From a plasmid: 64,000 bases of DNA. The position numbers and the translations under genes were made by a program. Below, in pieces: positions 9,305-19,597 of this stretch. Location of the stretch: the sequence record NZ_CP145666.1, one strand, 5' to 3'. Positions within the stretch are counted from its first letter, which is position 1, and each line of letters opens with the position of its first letter. Under the pieces are notes generated by a model. It searched no databases. It saw only the letters and a list, made by a program, of their open reading frames with translations, and had not been told where the DNA came from.

Positions 9305-10321
9305 TTAATGTTTGAATGAGGGTATAAAGGGTATTACTGGATTTGTTCCTAGCGAAGCTAATTCGTTAGGCGCAAGATAACGTCGCAGTTCAGTAATCAA
9401 TATATCAACTGATTTATCCCAGCCATCTCTCACAATGTTTAGAATGTGCCGAGCTGGATAATGTGTTAGAAAAGGATGGTTGGGGCCAAATTTATTAAGG
9501 TGTTCAATAGTACCTATTGCATCGAGATAATCTGTAACAAGATGGTGTTCTGACTCAAAAATAGCGACAAATTTATAACCATCAGCAGCGTTTACCCACT
9601 GGCAAGTACAGTCATTAAGCTGAAATTGATTAGAACGTTTTTCCCCCTTGGGTTTAGGATTGACTCCAATACCAAAAGACAAATACAAACCTTTCCTTCC
9701 CCAGAAGGCCGGTCTCTTCAAGTCCTGACCATTGTTTCCTTCGACCTCTCCAAGAATGCCAAACAAAGTAGCTGATTCTTGGTTAGGATTCGTTCTCATA
9801 CGGAAAAGAATGCATAGATCTGCAAACTTTAAGCTATTATAAACTGAATTATAAAAGACATTCTCATGGCCAAGTAGATAAGGATTATGCTCTACCGCAA
9901 AATTAGTGCCACTTCTAAAGTCACGGCAGCTAATGAATACACCAAACTGGCTCATATTAGCGAGGATATCGACATTGCGATAATCAGACAAATTAATAAG
10001 TATAGTATTTAAGACTTCTCTACCTTCATAACTCATCAGATAGTGGCAGAGCAAATTTTGTAGACCGAAGTTTCTGAACTGATCTTTAATTAAAGAAAAA
10101 TATCCTTCACCAGCTAATGAAACTAGGTTTCTCATTGTTGGTGTATGTTTCCCCATGAGAGGGGAATTAAAACGTACCTTCATCCGGTTATTATCATAAA
10201 GGGTTTCAATAATTGAGCAAAAGTGCATCGCCCAATACGCGTTGTTATCACCAATTAAACCGGGTTTCACTACAGTAGTTTTAGAAAAATCCATTCTGTC
10301 TCCAAAGCAGTAATCAGTCAC
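9305..10321 (-). CDS. hypothetical 338-aa protein, markedly AT-rich stand-alone gene
   Basis: Intact ORF with local low GC, bounded by a terminator and a divergent promoter region. No family recognised. Confidence 0.45.
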   Translation of the reverse strand: MTDYCFGDRMDFSKTTVVKPGLIGDNNAYWAMHFCSIIETLYDNNRMKVRFNSPLMGKHTPTMRNLVSLAGEGYFSLIKDQFRNFGLQNLLCHYLMSYEGREVLNTILINLSDYRNVDILANMSQFGVFISCRDFRSGTNFAVEHNPYLLGHENVFYNSVYNSLKFADLCILFRMRTNPNQESATLFGILGEVEGNNGQDLKRPAFWGRKGLYLSFGIGVNPKPKGEKRSNQFQLNDCTCQWVNAADGYKFVAIFESEHHLVTDYLDAIGTIEHLNKFGPNHPFLTHYPARHILNIVRDGWDKSVDILITELRRYLAPNELASLGTNPVIPFIPSFKH

Positions 10322-10416
10322 TCATAACACGATATTTGCAGTGAAAGTTATATCTGTAAGCAAATTTCGTCAGCTGTTAGCGTCGTATTAGGCTTAGTAA
10401 AAAGCCGGAGGTAGAT

Positions 10417-10740
10417 ATGCCTAAAGACGATGTTGCAACAATCATAATCCAGAATGGGTTGACGCATAAAGTAAATGTGATCTGCAAATTCAGCGCACAA
10501 ATCGACAATCAAATGTTCTCATTCATCATCCATCGCACATTAAGCGTATGTCGATATGCGCTTGTCTGTAAGGCAACAGGCCAAAGAATTGCAGTTCTTG
10601 ATACCAGTCGAGTAAAGGCACTTGGTATGGAAGCAGCAGGTAAACTAGCGCTATCAGATCTGGCCTCATCATTAGGCGAGACTAGACTTGCTGCGATTCT
10701 GACAAATTCACTTCAGAGCAGGAGCGCGGCAAGTGAGTGA
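10417..10740 (+). CDS. hypothetical protein, translationally coupled to the PAPS-reductase-family gene
   Basis: Overlaps the downstream start by 8 nt. Confidence 0.35.
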   Translation: MPKDDVATIIIQNGLTHKVNVICKFSAQIDNQMFSFIIHRTLSVCRYALVCKATGQRIAVLDTSRVKALGMEAAGKLALSDLASSLGETRLAAILTNSLQSRSAASE

Positions 10741-11803
10741 TTTAATCGACGATAACTTTATTATTCCTGCACTGAGTAGCATAGCAGGCATCACCACGCC
10801 ACTATCAGGACAAACGTACAGGAACGCTCCAGATATCGACATATCTTGCTATGACGTGATAATCATTTGCCTTAGCGGCGGAAAAGACTCCATAGCCTGC
10901 CTTCTCCACTTAATTGACATCGGGGTCGATCTGTCCAGGGTGGAACTCTGGCATCACGATGTTGATGGCCGCGAGGGAAGTACTTTAATGGACTGGCCAT
11001 TTATGGCCGACTACAACCGCAAAATAGCTTCAACATTTCAGATACCGTTGATGTTCTCCTGGCTTCAGGGAGGAATGGAAGGTGAGATGCTGAAAGAGAA
11101 TGGCTACAGTCGCCCGCAATGTATCGAAACCCCAGATGGATTAATAATCGCGGAACGTGATATCCAGCGAAGCACTCCCGCCACGCGACTTCGGTTCCCT
11201 CAGCAATCACCAAGCCTTAAAACACGTTGGTGCTCATCAGCACTAAAAATTGATGTTGGTCGGCGAGCACTCACAAATCAGAGACGCTTTGACGGAAAAA
11301 AGGTGCTTTTTATTACGGGGGAAAGGAGAGCGGAAAGCTCTAATAGATTCAATTACTTACAACTGGAGCCACATACCAGCAGTTGCAAAAAAAGACAAGT
11401 TGATGCCTGGAGGCCAGTACTTGAATGGTCTGAAGAACAAGTCTGGGAGATTTTAGCAAAACATCGTGTTACAGCCCCAGTACCGTATCGTCTTGGATGG
11501 GGTCGCAGTTCATGCTTAACGTGTATATACAACAGTGCTCGCATATGGGCAACCATCAAACATTATTTCCCCGAGCGTATTCACGCAATGGCCAACTATG
11601 AAAACCGCTTTGGGGTCACTATCAGTCGTAAACGAATAAATGTTCTGGATCTAAGCCAGAATATTTCTCCTATTAATATCACGGATGAGGAAGCGCTGCT
11701 GCAAGCGGTAAATCCGGTCTATACATTGCCCGTCATTAACATGTCAAAAGAATGGGTGCTACCTGGTGGGGCGTACAACCGGGAGAAATGCGGGTCAGAC
11801 TAA
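10733..11803 (+). CDS. phosphoadenosine-phosphosulfate reductase family PP-loop ATP pyrophosphatase domain protein (IbrA/DndC-like fold)
   Basis: PP-loop motif CLSGGKDS. The C-terminal Cys cluster (CLTCIYNSAR) is typical of MGE-borne PAPS-reductase-like proteins. Confidence 0.65.
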   Translation: MSDLIDDNFIIPALSSIAGITTPLSGQTYRNAPDIDISCYDVIIICLSGGKDSIACLLHLIDIGVDLSRVELWHHDVDGREGSTLMDWPFMADYNRKIASTFQIPLMFSWLQGGMEGEMLKENGYSRPQCIETPDGLIIAERDIQRSTPATRLRFPQQSPSLKTRWCSSALKIDVGRRALTNQRRFDGKKVLFITGERRAESSNRFNYLQLEPHTSSCKKRQVDAWRPVLEWSEEQVWEILAKHRVTAPVPYRLGWGRSSCLTCIYNSARIWATIKHYFPERIHAMANYENRFGVTISRKRINVLDLSQNISPINITDEEALLQAVNPVYTLPVINMSKEWVLPGGAYNREKCGSD

Positions 11804-11912
11804 TTAGCCATCAGCGATTTATAGCTGAGATTTCGTCACCTGAATATTACGTGGAAAATAGATATCAAATAGCAACATTGATACAGGCTTAACCGCCTCT
11901 GAAGGAAATATT

Positions 11913-12230
11913 ATGACGATGGTAACGGCCAGAAATTGTACTGAAACACGGTTCAACCAGTTATGGGATGCTCTGCATGAAAAAAGCAGTGCGGAAAACG
12001 AATCCTTGTTTCAGCAAGAATTGCATCGCTGCCGCAGTAAACGTCAGCGAAGTAAACTGGCCGGGCGATTCGCCGGTGCCTGGCAAACCTTATTCGATGC
12101 CTTCTGTGAAGGTCGGGTCTTCTGCTCACTTCTGGACTCGGTTATCCACCAGGAGAGTATCAGCGAATGGCAGGTTGAAGAGTTAATCTCATTCACTTCT
12201 GCCCAGATGTCGACTCTATACAAAGGGTAG
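11913..12230 (+). CDS. hypothetical protein
   Basis: ORF only. Confidence 0.3.
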   Translation: MTMVTARNCTETRFNQLWDALHEKSSAENESLFQQELHRCRSKRQRSKLAGRFAGAWQTLFDAFCEGRVFCSLLDSVIHQESISEWQVEELISFTSAQMSTLYKG

Positions 12231-12238
12231 AGGTAGAT

Positions 12239-12574
12239 ATGGGACAAAGAAAATGTGCAGCAGCGTTCCTGCTCGCTGAAGAAATGTACCAGATACCAGC
12301 GACCAAATCGGTGATACTTGCCCGGGACCTGGAAGAAAGAGGGTTGTATCTCCGCGCTGCCAGGCAATGGGGAGAGGTCATGTTTGAACATACCCAGTGT
12401 ACTGAGTACATTGTTGAACAACGGGAACGTTGCATTCGGTTATCCAATTCTCGCCATGAAGACCGTATCAGACAGCATGAGCAGGCAAGTGATCTTCAAT
12501 ATATTCACAAGCATATTAATGATGTATACACACGGATGGGACTAAAAGACGATGGTGTCTTTAATACCGCCTGA
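12239..12574 (+). CDS. hypothetical protein
   Basis: ORF with RBS-like GAGGTAGATATG. Confidence 0.3.
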   Translation: MGQRKCAAAFLLAEEMYQIPATKSVILARDLEERGLYLRAARQWGEVMFEHTQCTEYIVEQRERCIRLSNSRHEDRIRQHEQASDLQYIHKHINDVYTRMGLKDDGVFNTA

Positions 12575-12957
12575 TTTGTCGACCTTTTCCGTTCATTAAA
12601 AAATGAAACTGAGGAGAATGAGCGCACTCTTGACTGATTTTGACGGAGGATTACGTAAGTGGTTAAACAAAGTTTATTTGACCTTATAGGAGCTACCACG
12701 GGCCCAGAGCGAGATCTGTTGATCGTAAGCCTTCAGTCTCTACATCGTGAACGAGTAAGCTCATACAATGCATTGTGTACAGCCTGCTCAATCTCTGGAG
12801 ATAAAGTCCCGCCAATGTCTTTATTCGGCATAGACGAGGTTACTGATGCACTACGCCGGTTAGGTGCATTACCGATCAGATAGTTCTTCAAGTAGTCAGG
12901 GTGAACAGGTTTGAATTGATACAAACGGCCTATGCTGAAGAGGAACAGAGATAACTG

Positions 12958-13419
12958 ATGAAAACAAACGAAAACCTGCTGAACAGCATTGGAAAAAGTA
13001 TTCGAATGTGGCGAGATAACTGCTTCCCTCCATTTCAGCGAGCGTATGGAACATGGTTATTGGTTCTGGTTTCGGTTAATGCCGGGATATGGTTTTACAT
13101 AACCTCTGACTGGTCTGTACAGTTCGTCGGCAATATAGCAGGGCTCTTGGTTTTCCCAATGCTGGGTCGAAAGGTTTTTACAAAACGCGCCAGATCTTGG
13201 CAAGAAGAACTGGATATTAAGCTGGCAAAATACAAACCGCATAACATAGCTGCATGGAGGGAGTTGCAGGCTTATGCCTTGGAATCCAATACGCTATCTT
13301 CACAAATTGTTGAACGGTGGTATTTCAAAGAGCGGGAATTTATCAAGACGGCCCAAAAAGGGAAGCCGGGTAGTTCTGAACTCAAATTTCTCAAGAATAA
13401 TACTGGATCAAAGCCTTAA
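12958..13419 (+). CDS. hypothetical membrane protein
   Basis: Two predicted TM segments (WLLVLVSVNAGIWFYI; IAGLLVFPML). Confidence 0.35.
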   Translation: MKTNENLLNSIGKSIRMWRDNCFPPFQRAYGTWLLVLVSVNAGIWFYITSDWSVQFVGNIAGLLVFPMLGRKVFTKRARSWQEELDIKLAKYKPHNIAAWRELQAYALESNTLSSQIVERWYFKEREFIKTAQKGKPGSSELKFLKNNTGSKP

Positions 13420-13500
13420 GGAATCTGAGAGCCGGTGCGTAATGCAGAACCCACAGCCGAAGGGTTTTGGGAGTTAAACTGATACAGCTTTTACCGTGAG

Positions 13501-13911
13501 GTGGGATTTATGTCGAATGTCTTGCAGAAAGAAAACATCATCATGTCTCTGCCTCATCGTGACTGGAGTTGTGAAGTCATCGAGTGCCGATTAAAAGTGT
13601 GCCCCGTACCTGACGAACTCGACAGGGGGAATAACATCTTTTTCATCGTGGAAGACCTTTACCAGCTACGCGAGAACAGTGAATCACTTAACGTGCTTGG
13701 ACAAATTCTGGCGAAACGTTTCCCACACATACCACCAAAAAGAATGCACCTTGTGCTGCACCGACGTGATGTGCAGAAAGCTCATGGAGTAGCCATCCAC
13801 CTCTACCGCTTCATGCGTAGCGAGAAAGAAAATAACCGTAGTATTTTCATTGGTCGTAACCCTACTGAAGTTTCCCAGAAGACGGCATACGCCTCGATGT
13901 GCATTTTCTGA
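13501..13911 (+). CDS. hypothetical protein
   Basis: ORF only. Confidence 0.3.
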   Translation: MGFMSNVLQKENIIMSLPHRDWSCEVIECRLKVCPVPDELDRGNNIFFIVEDLYQLRENSESLNVLGQILAKRFPHIPPKRMHLVLHRRDVQKAHGVAIHLYRFMRSEKENNRSIFIGRNPTEVSQKTAYASMCIF

Positions 13912-14110
13912 CCACCAGCTGTTGAATCGTCACAATAGCCGACATAGTCGGCTATTTTTTTACGCTAAGAAAAACCATTTATGCCCACAAATTGCGGTTG
14001 AAAAAGCTATTTATTTTTGGGTGCAAAACGTCCTCATTCTCACTGTAACAATAAATTTCAACATGTGATTATAGTGAGAGTCGAAGCTGAAACATGAATG
14101 GTGGCTACAT

Positions 14111-14995
14111 ATGCATGATCTCCAGAATTCGTTAACTAGCAAAAATACCAACATTATCCGTGCTGAATTTGAAAATATGCTTTCTGCGCGTGGAACATCT
14201 ATCGTGCGTTTTGATACCAACGCAGGGGCGAACAGCGGCGAGTATATAGGAAAAGGAATTCAACGTGAGTGGGTTGGGTATTTGCTAAACCATACGAGTT
14301 CTGGCCATACGGTCAAGGCATTTGAACCGGTGTATTCTATTCCTTTAAAAATCAGGCCAGACCTTCAATCCAGAAATATTGCAGACCACCAGACTAAAGT
14401 AAAAAAGTTATTTGAAAGTTATGATGAAGCGTATCTTACAGCCGCTATAGACTCAGAAGAGTATTGCAAGCCATTCTGGGTTTATCAGAATGCAGATGAC
14501 GGTCATTACTCGATCAGTACTCGCGGTTTCAAAAATGCAAATGCACCTGCAAGCATTCCGAGCGATAATCGCATTGATATCGCTCAGATGAAAATGGGAT
14601 ATCCCATGCTCGATTATTGCCATAACATTATACCGTCCTCAGTCGTGCGATTAGGATTTAATGGGCGAGTGTTTACGCAAGGTAAGTATTATTACACCAA
14701 TGAAGAGGTTTTCAGTTGGTTGTCCCGGAACCCGGATAGCGCAGTTTTCATTACGTTCCCAAAAGTTAACCAGACTGATAGATCTGAATTGATGTCAATT
14801 ATGAAACGAGAATTCCTGAATTCGTGGGGTTTATTCTCATATTATCGCTGGCTGGGACGCAGCACCGCATTACTGGCATTGAGCCCGGTCAGTTCTAATG
14901 CTTCTGTTAAGTTAAGAAGTAGCAATGCACACTTCTTCAAAAATGCAATGCTGGCTGTTAACACGATCATTCCTAAAGGTAACGGAATTTCGTAA
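14111..14995 (+). CDS. hypothetical protein (294 aa)
   Basis: ORF only. First gene of a co-directional cluster. Confidence 0.35.
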   Translation: MHDLQNSLTSKNTNIIRAEFENMLSARGTSIVRFDTNAGANSGEYIGKGIQREWVGYLLNHTSSGHTVKAFEPVYSIPLKIRPDLQSRNIADHQTKVKKLFESYDEAYLTAAIDSEEYCKPFWVYQNADDGHYSISTRGFKNANAPASIPSDNRIDIAQMKMGYPMLDYCHNIIPSSVVRLGFNGRVFTQGKYYYTNEEVFSWLSRNPDSAVFITFPKVNQTDRSELMSIMKREFLNSWGLFSYYRWLGRSTALLALSPVSSNASVKLRSSNAHFFKNAMLAVNTIIPKGNGIS

Positions 14996-15044
14996 TCGGA
15001 ATAGTTACCGTTAGAGTGATTTAAAGATCGATTCATTCTGGAAA

Positions 15045-15602
15045 TTGAACGAAGAAAATTTAATGGGAGTAACTATGACTGCACTACGCCGTATCTCAAC
15101 AGAACCAAGCTGGACTCCAGTTGGCATCCGGGGCGAAGGGTTACCGACTAAAGCAGGTGTATACCGTTTTATTGTTCCCCGGGAAGCCGATAGCTCAGAA
15201 CATATTGAGTTTCTGGCGTTAGTGCGCTGGCGTAAACACGGTGTTCATCAACTGTTATTTCCCACCTTTGAATACATCGTATGCGACGAGAATATCGTGC
15301 TCCCAGAAGGCACATGCTGGCGTGAACGCGAACCGTGGGATCCAGATACGCTGGGGGAAACCGAGTTCATCATCGTTCCTGAAATGAGCGCGGGTGCTCA
15401 ACGCTGTCCGTTCTGCAAAGAAGTTCCGCGCATCGTTGGTGATAAATACAACTTTGAGTATAAGGAAAACTACATCACGAAAATGCCTCACCGGTTTAAC
15501 CGCCTGTGGTTCAGCTGCTGTAAATGGGTTGCTCCTGTGCCCACTTCTGGGATTCAGTCACTGATTACGGCCTGGAACAAAATGCTCGGGTCATCCCGGT
15601 AG
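15045..15602 (+). CDS. hypothetical protein with Cys pairs (CPFC...CC)
   Basis: ORF only. Confidence 0.3.
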   Translation: MNEENLMGVTMTALRRISTEPSWTPVGIRGEGLPTKAGVYRFIVPREADSSEHIEFLALVRWRKHGVHQLLFPTFEYIVCDENIVLPEGTCWREREPWDPDTLGETEFIIVPEMSAGAQRCPFCKEVPRIVGDKYNFEYKENYITKMPHRFNRLWFSCCKWVAPVPTSGIQSLITAWNKMLGSSR

Positions 15603-15608
15603 GAGTAA

Positions 15609-15913
15609 TGATGAAATGTGCGTACCTACGAAAGTTTCTGATCATTGCTTTCATAACCGGCATTAGCGGATGCCAGAGTCTCGGAATAGGGTTAAGCCTG
15701 GATGAGCGCTACCAGAAGGCTTATCAGAAAGTACTGGCTGACCCTAATGACGATAACATTAAGACTTTCATGAAACTCAGCCAGGAAAAAGGCGAAAGAG
15801 ACATGCAAGAGGCAAATTCAAAAGCCGCAGCCGACACTCGTGAAAGCGATAAGGGGTTTACTGAGTATTTTAAATCATATGGCAACGATGGATTTAAGCG
15901 GGCCAGACAATAA
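15609..15913 (+). CDS. putative lipoprotein
   Basis: MMKCAYLRKFLIIAFITGISGC lipobox. Overlaps the previous ORF end. Confidence 0.45.
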
Positions 15914-15925
15914 GAAAGAGGTCAT

Positions 15926-16378
15926 ATGTCATTACAGCAATCGCATGAAAATCTGGAGTTCCTGAAGGGGGCGGTCTGGTGCGCCGCAAAACTCGTTCAG
16001 GAAATTGGCGATTCAAAAGGTGCAGCTATTCTTATCACAAACTTGCCGGTTGGAATTTTCCCTCAATGTAGCGAAAGGGATTTATTTGTTCTGAGGCAAT
16101 ATGTCAGGAAAGATCTGCCACTTGGTATTGATGCCGAATATAGCGATATCAGGCCGGTCTTAATTGATTATCTGGGAGAGCCAGTAGACCTTCCTGAGTG
16201 TGAACTGGATAATTATGAACCGGCTCCTGGTGAAATGCTCCGCTGGGGAGTAACTGGAGATCTCAGTTCCGGGACACGATGTGTGCTGGTGGATAATCTT
16301 GCTTATCTCGCTGAAGCAATTGGTATCAGCAACGCACTAAGGCAACAGGCCGCAGAGTCAATCCAGCGCACCCTGTGA
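15926..16378 (+). CDS. hypothetical protein
   Basis: ORF with AGAGGTCATATG RBS. Confidence 0.35.
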   Translation: MSLQQSHENLEFLKGAVWCAAKLVQEIGDSKGAAILITNLPVGIFPQCSERDLFVLRQYVRKDLPLGIDAEYSDIRPVLIDYLGEPVDLPECELDNYEPAPGEMLRWGVTGDLSSGTRCVLVDNLAYLAEAIGISNALRQQAAESIQRTL

Positions 16379-16445
16379 TTAGTGAGTCGCCCCGAATTTC
16401 GTAAGCAGCATAAATGCCCTTAATCTTTATCCTACATATTTCAGG

Positions 16446-16991
16446 TTGTTGGGGTTTACCATGTACAAAGACCATTTTCCACAAGCGTGTCCTTCATCGA
16501 TAAAAGAGGGCCAGTCATGCTGGCGGGTATTTATTGATATGGACGTAGACAACCCGTCGAAAATAAAAACCAGCGTCGAATTAATAGAAGTTGGCGTAAA
16601 AACAATTCGAATGAAAAAGAATGCGGCAGAAGGCAGTGAAAAAACTGTTTTTCTTGTGGATAAAATCCCTGGAATCACATTTATCAAAATTCGGCCTAGC
16701 GACAAAAAGCCAAGCGTCTGGAATACAAGCATCAGCAGTTTCTATAAACATGACGTGGAAATCGGGAAAACATTCCCCGTTGGTATCAGAACGACTAAAA
16801 GCGCTGCGTTTCGTACAGCAACAAAAAAAGTTGAACAGAGTATGCAAGAATACACTGATACTATAGCTAAGCTTGAAAACGACTATGTTAAGAATGAGAC
16901 GGAGATTGCTGAGTACAAAAATGAACTCGCTGCTTACCAAACAATACTCCAAACCCTAAAACGTATGGCAAAAAGGCATCTCAAGCAATAA
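16446..16991 (+). CDS. hypothetical protein with C-terminal coiled coil
   Basis: ORF only. Confidence 0.35.
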   Translation: MLGFTMYKDHFPQACPSSIKEGQSCWRVFIDMDVDNPSKIKTSVELIEVGVKTIRMKKNAAEGSEKTVFLVDKIPGITFIKIRPSDKKPSVWNTSISSFYKHDVEIGKTFPVGIRTTKSAAFRTATKKVEQSMQEYTDTIAKLENDYVKNETEIAEYKNELAAYQTILQTLKRMAKRHLKQ

Positions 16992-17133
16992 TACATTTCG
17001 TCTCTTTTCAGGTAAACAAAATGGAAACACAATGTATTTTCATTGCAGGTTTCAAAAATTGTTTCACTCTGGGCCATACATGTTTAGTATGGGGACATAA
17101 CAAAGAGAACGCTGGCGAGTACGCTGGCATAAA

Positions 17134-17170
17134 GATCACCTTTCCCGGCCTGGCCGGGATTTTTTTTGTC
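17134..17170 (+). terminator. rho-independent terminator
   Basis: CCCGGCCtgGCCGGG followed by TTTTTTTT. Confidence 0.6.
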
Positions 17171-17313
17171 TGATGTGCCGTCCTTCTCACCACAAACTTA
17201 ATATCCTGACTATTTTTATGGATGTGCAGTGCAATTATTTAACGAATTACCATTCGTCACCAGACCGGACAGGCTGATAATAATGTCATCCGATACAGAG
17301 CTGGGGAGGGTGT

Positions 17314-17871
17314 ATGACTAATCGTGGCTATAGCAAAGTAATTATCGAAGGTACTGTAGGCCGTGAGCCTGAAATCCGACAACACCCTACCCACGGCATC
17401 TACGCAAAGATTTATGTAACAACATCTGAGTCCTCAATGGAGGATAAATCTGGTCTGGAGAAAATTACGGAAGAACACTATCAGATCATTTTGCTTGGTC
17501 AATTTGCTGATGTGGCCCGCAATCATCTTCATGTCGGGACAGGAGTGTACCTGGAGGCCCAATTGCGTACCCGCCTAATCAAGGAGGATGGTAAAGAACG
17601 CTTCTTTATGGACGTACTTGTCAACCCCGTGAAGGGGCATGTTCTTCGCAAAGTCAATGTAGGCGGTAATAAACTGGTGAGTCGTCACCTCCAGCAGAAC
17701 CGTGGGCAGGATCACCGGCAGAATACCAGTTATAGCCGCAGGCCACAAAACACGAACGCGAGGCCAGCAACACCACGCAACTCGCCCCCAACAATGGAAA
17801 ATTATTATTTGGGAAATCAGGATGAAGTTCCAGGAAGCACTGGTGCTTATGGAACTGAGATAGCCTTTTAA
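17314..17871 (+). CDS. ssb: single-stranded DNA-binding protein
   Basis: OB-fold core aligns with E. coli SSB (SKVIIEGTVGREPE; HYQIILLGQFADVA; GVYLEAQLRTR). Gly/Gln-rich tail with a C-terminal acidic/aromatic end. Confidence 0.85.
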   Translation: MTNRGYSKVIIEGTVGREPEIRQHPTHGIYAKIYVTTSESSMEDKSGLEKITEEHYQIILLGQFADVARNHLHVGTGVYLEAQLRTRLIKEDGKERFFMDVLVNPVKGHVLRKVNVGGNKLVSRHLQQNRGQDHRQNTSYSRRPQNTNARPATPRNSPPTMENYYLGNQDEVPGSTGAYGTEIAF

Positions 17872-17926
17872 TGATTAGCAGCATATCTGTTTTAATTTGT
17901 ATCATAACTAATGGGGAATTATTGCC

Positions 17927-18280
17927 GTGAATGAATTCAATAACGCACTCCAGACGATACTGGAAAATGGGTCTATGTCATATGGCCAGGCTGCTATTTA
18001 TGCCGGTGGTGCAATTTGCGTTGCGGCCCTTTTTTCGGCGATACTCAGAAGTGGACTACTGGTAATTTTGGGAATTGTCTCAGGCTTTTATCTGTTCAGT
18101 CTCAACACTCCAGACAGTACACTGGCGTATACTGCTGCTGCCTCAGACCGTCTCATCGAGCAGGTTAAAGCTGTCGGTGGATGCGCCACTAGACACATTG
18201 AGGATGCGCAAACTCTGGGTATCATCATAAAAAATGGCGATGTTATCGAGATAGCAAAGCAGTGCGGTATTATAAAATAA
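17927..18280 (+). CDS. hypothetical membrane protein
   Basis: Two TM helices. Confidence 0.35.
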   Translation: MNEFNNALQTILENGSMSYGQAAIYAGGAICVAALFSAILRSGLLVILGIVSGFYLFSLNTPDSTLAYTAAASDRLIEQVKAVGGCATRHIEDAQTLGIIIKNGDVIEIAKQCGIIK

Positions 18281-18557
18281 TAACCGTAGCATATTATGAT
18301 TGATGAATGCCTGAATGGTAATCTGCTCGCGGATTACCATTATTTTTTGAGATGTCTTATAGAACTTATCTAAAATTACATACGACTGTCATGACAGTAT
18401 AAGGTCTTTATGAAAAACGTCGTCAAAACTTTACTACCCTCAGTGAACACTGGTGATCAAGACGAAAGCGTAAAATCGGATACGCTGACTGGCACTACTA
18501 AACCCTGCGACCACGGACTGGTTCATAATCATCTTTTAGGGCAGGAGGCCTGTTACT

Positions 18558-19238
18558 ATGCCAAACACTAACGACTCGCTGACAGGACTCAACGTCGAGC
18601 TCGTTGGTGCATCGAAACAAGAGTTTACTCTCCTCACTGAAAACCATCTGATGCGCCGCATCATAGTGGCTTTATCTGAGTTAATGCGTAACGCGGAAGG
18701 CGTGATGATTGATTCTCATGTTTACCCGTGGGATCAAGTTCTCCCTGCTGCGATGGACATTCCATCATCCAACGCTTCTGATGAAGAGATACAGAACTGG
18801 ATGATCAGTGCCTGTAAGGAGTGGCAGTGCGAATACAATCGCCGGGTTCAGTCGTTTACCGCATCAGAAGTAAAAAGCAAAAGCGACACCGAGAACGATA
18901 ACCTATTCCTGCTGAATATCACCAACCTAGCCCATATGCTGATTGACCGGTTACTGCCGTTTGTCAGTATCGAGGAGATTAATCATGAGGATCCAGATTT
19001 ACTCCCCCAAGTTATTGATATCGTGAATTATATGGTTGGTGTTATAAATGGTACAACCAGCACACAACAAGTCAGACAAGAATTGTTTACTGCCGGTGCT
19101 GATGACGCAGTATTTGCACTCAAACTAAAGCACAAAGAGCTAACCAGCCGGGGTGAAGATGCTGGATGGCTTGAAGAGGCAATGAAGATAATCGAAGAAA
19201 ACAAACGCCAATCCATCGACTTTATGCAGCGCAGCTAA
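18558..19238 (+). CDS. hypothetical protein (226 aa)
   Basis: ORF with GGGCAGGAGG RBS. Confidence 0.35.
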   Translation: MPNTNDSLTGLNVELVGASKQEFTLLTENHLMRRIIVALSELMRNAEGVMIDSHVYPWDQVLPAAMDIPSSNASDEEIQNWMISACKEWQCEYNRRVQSFTASEVKSKSDTENDNLFLLNITNLAHMLIDRLLPFVSIEEINHEDPDLLPQVIDIVNYMVGVINGTTSTQQVRQELFTAGADDAVFALKLKHKELTSRGEDAGWLEEAMKIIEENKRQSIDFMQRS

Positions 19239-19265
19239 TCGTTCCCATAATAAAAGGGTAATGCT

Positions 19266-19580
19266 ATGAGTAAACATCTGTACTGTATTAAGGGTGTTTT
19301 AAAACCCAGGAAATTTTCTGTAAGTCTGATAAGAAATAAACTTAGCTCATTTGGTTTAAGGGGAAGTACTCTTCGTAGCGAAACCGCTCGCATTCTTGCC
19401 GGGCCAATAGATGGTATTAAGGGTACGTATCCCTTCGGCTGGTCAGAAGAACATTTTGACCGCAGGATGAAACGCATATTCATTCGCGCCGGTAATGCTT
19501 CCAGACTTTCTGATAATCGTCCATTTGCATTAAAACGACGCAGCGCTTTAACTATCAGTAAAAAGTATCTTTCTGTGTAA
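19266..19580 (+). CDS. hypothetical protein
   Basis: ORF only. Confidence 0.3.
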   Translation: MSKHLYCIKGVLKPRKFSVSLIRNKLSSFGLRGSTLRSETARILAGPIDGIKGTYPFGWSEEHFDRRMKRIFIRAGNASRLSDNRPFALKRRSALTISKKYLSV

Positions 19581-19597
19581 CCACCAGCAGACGAGTT

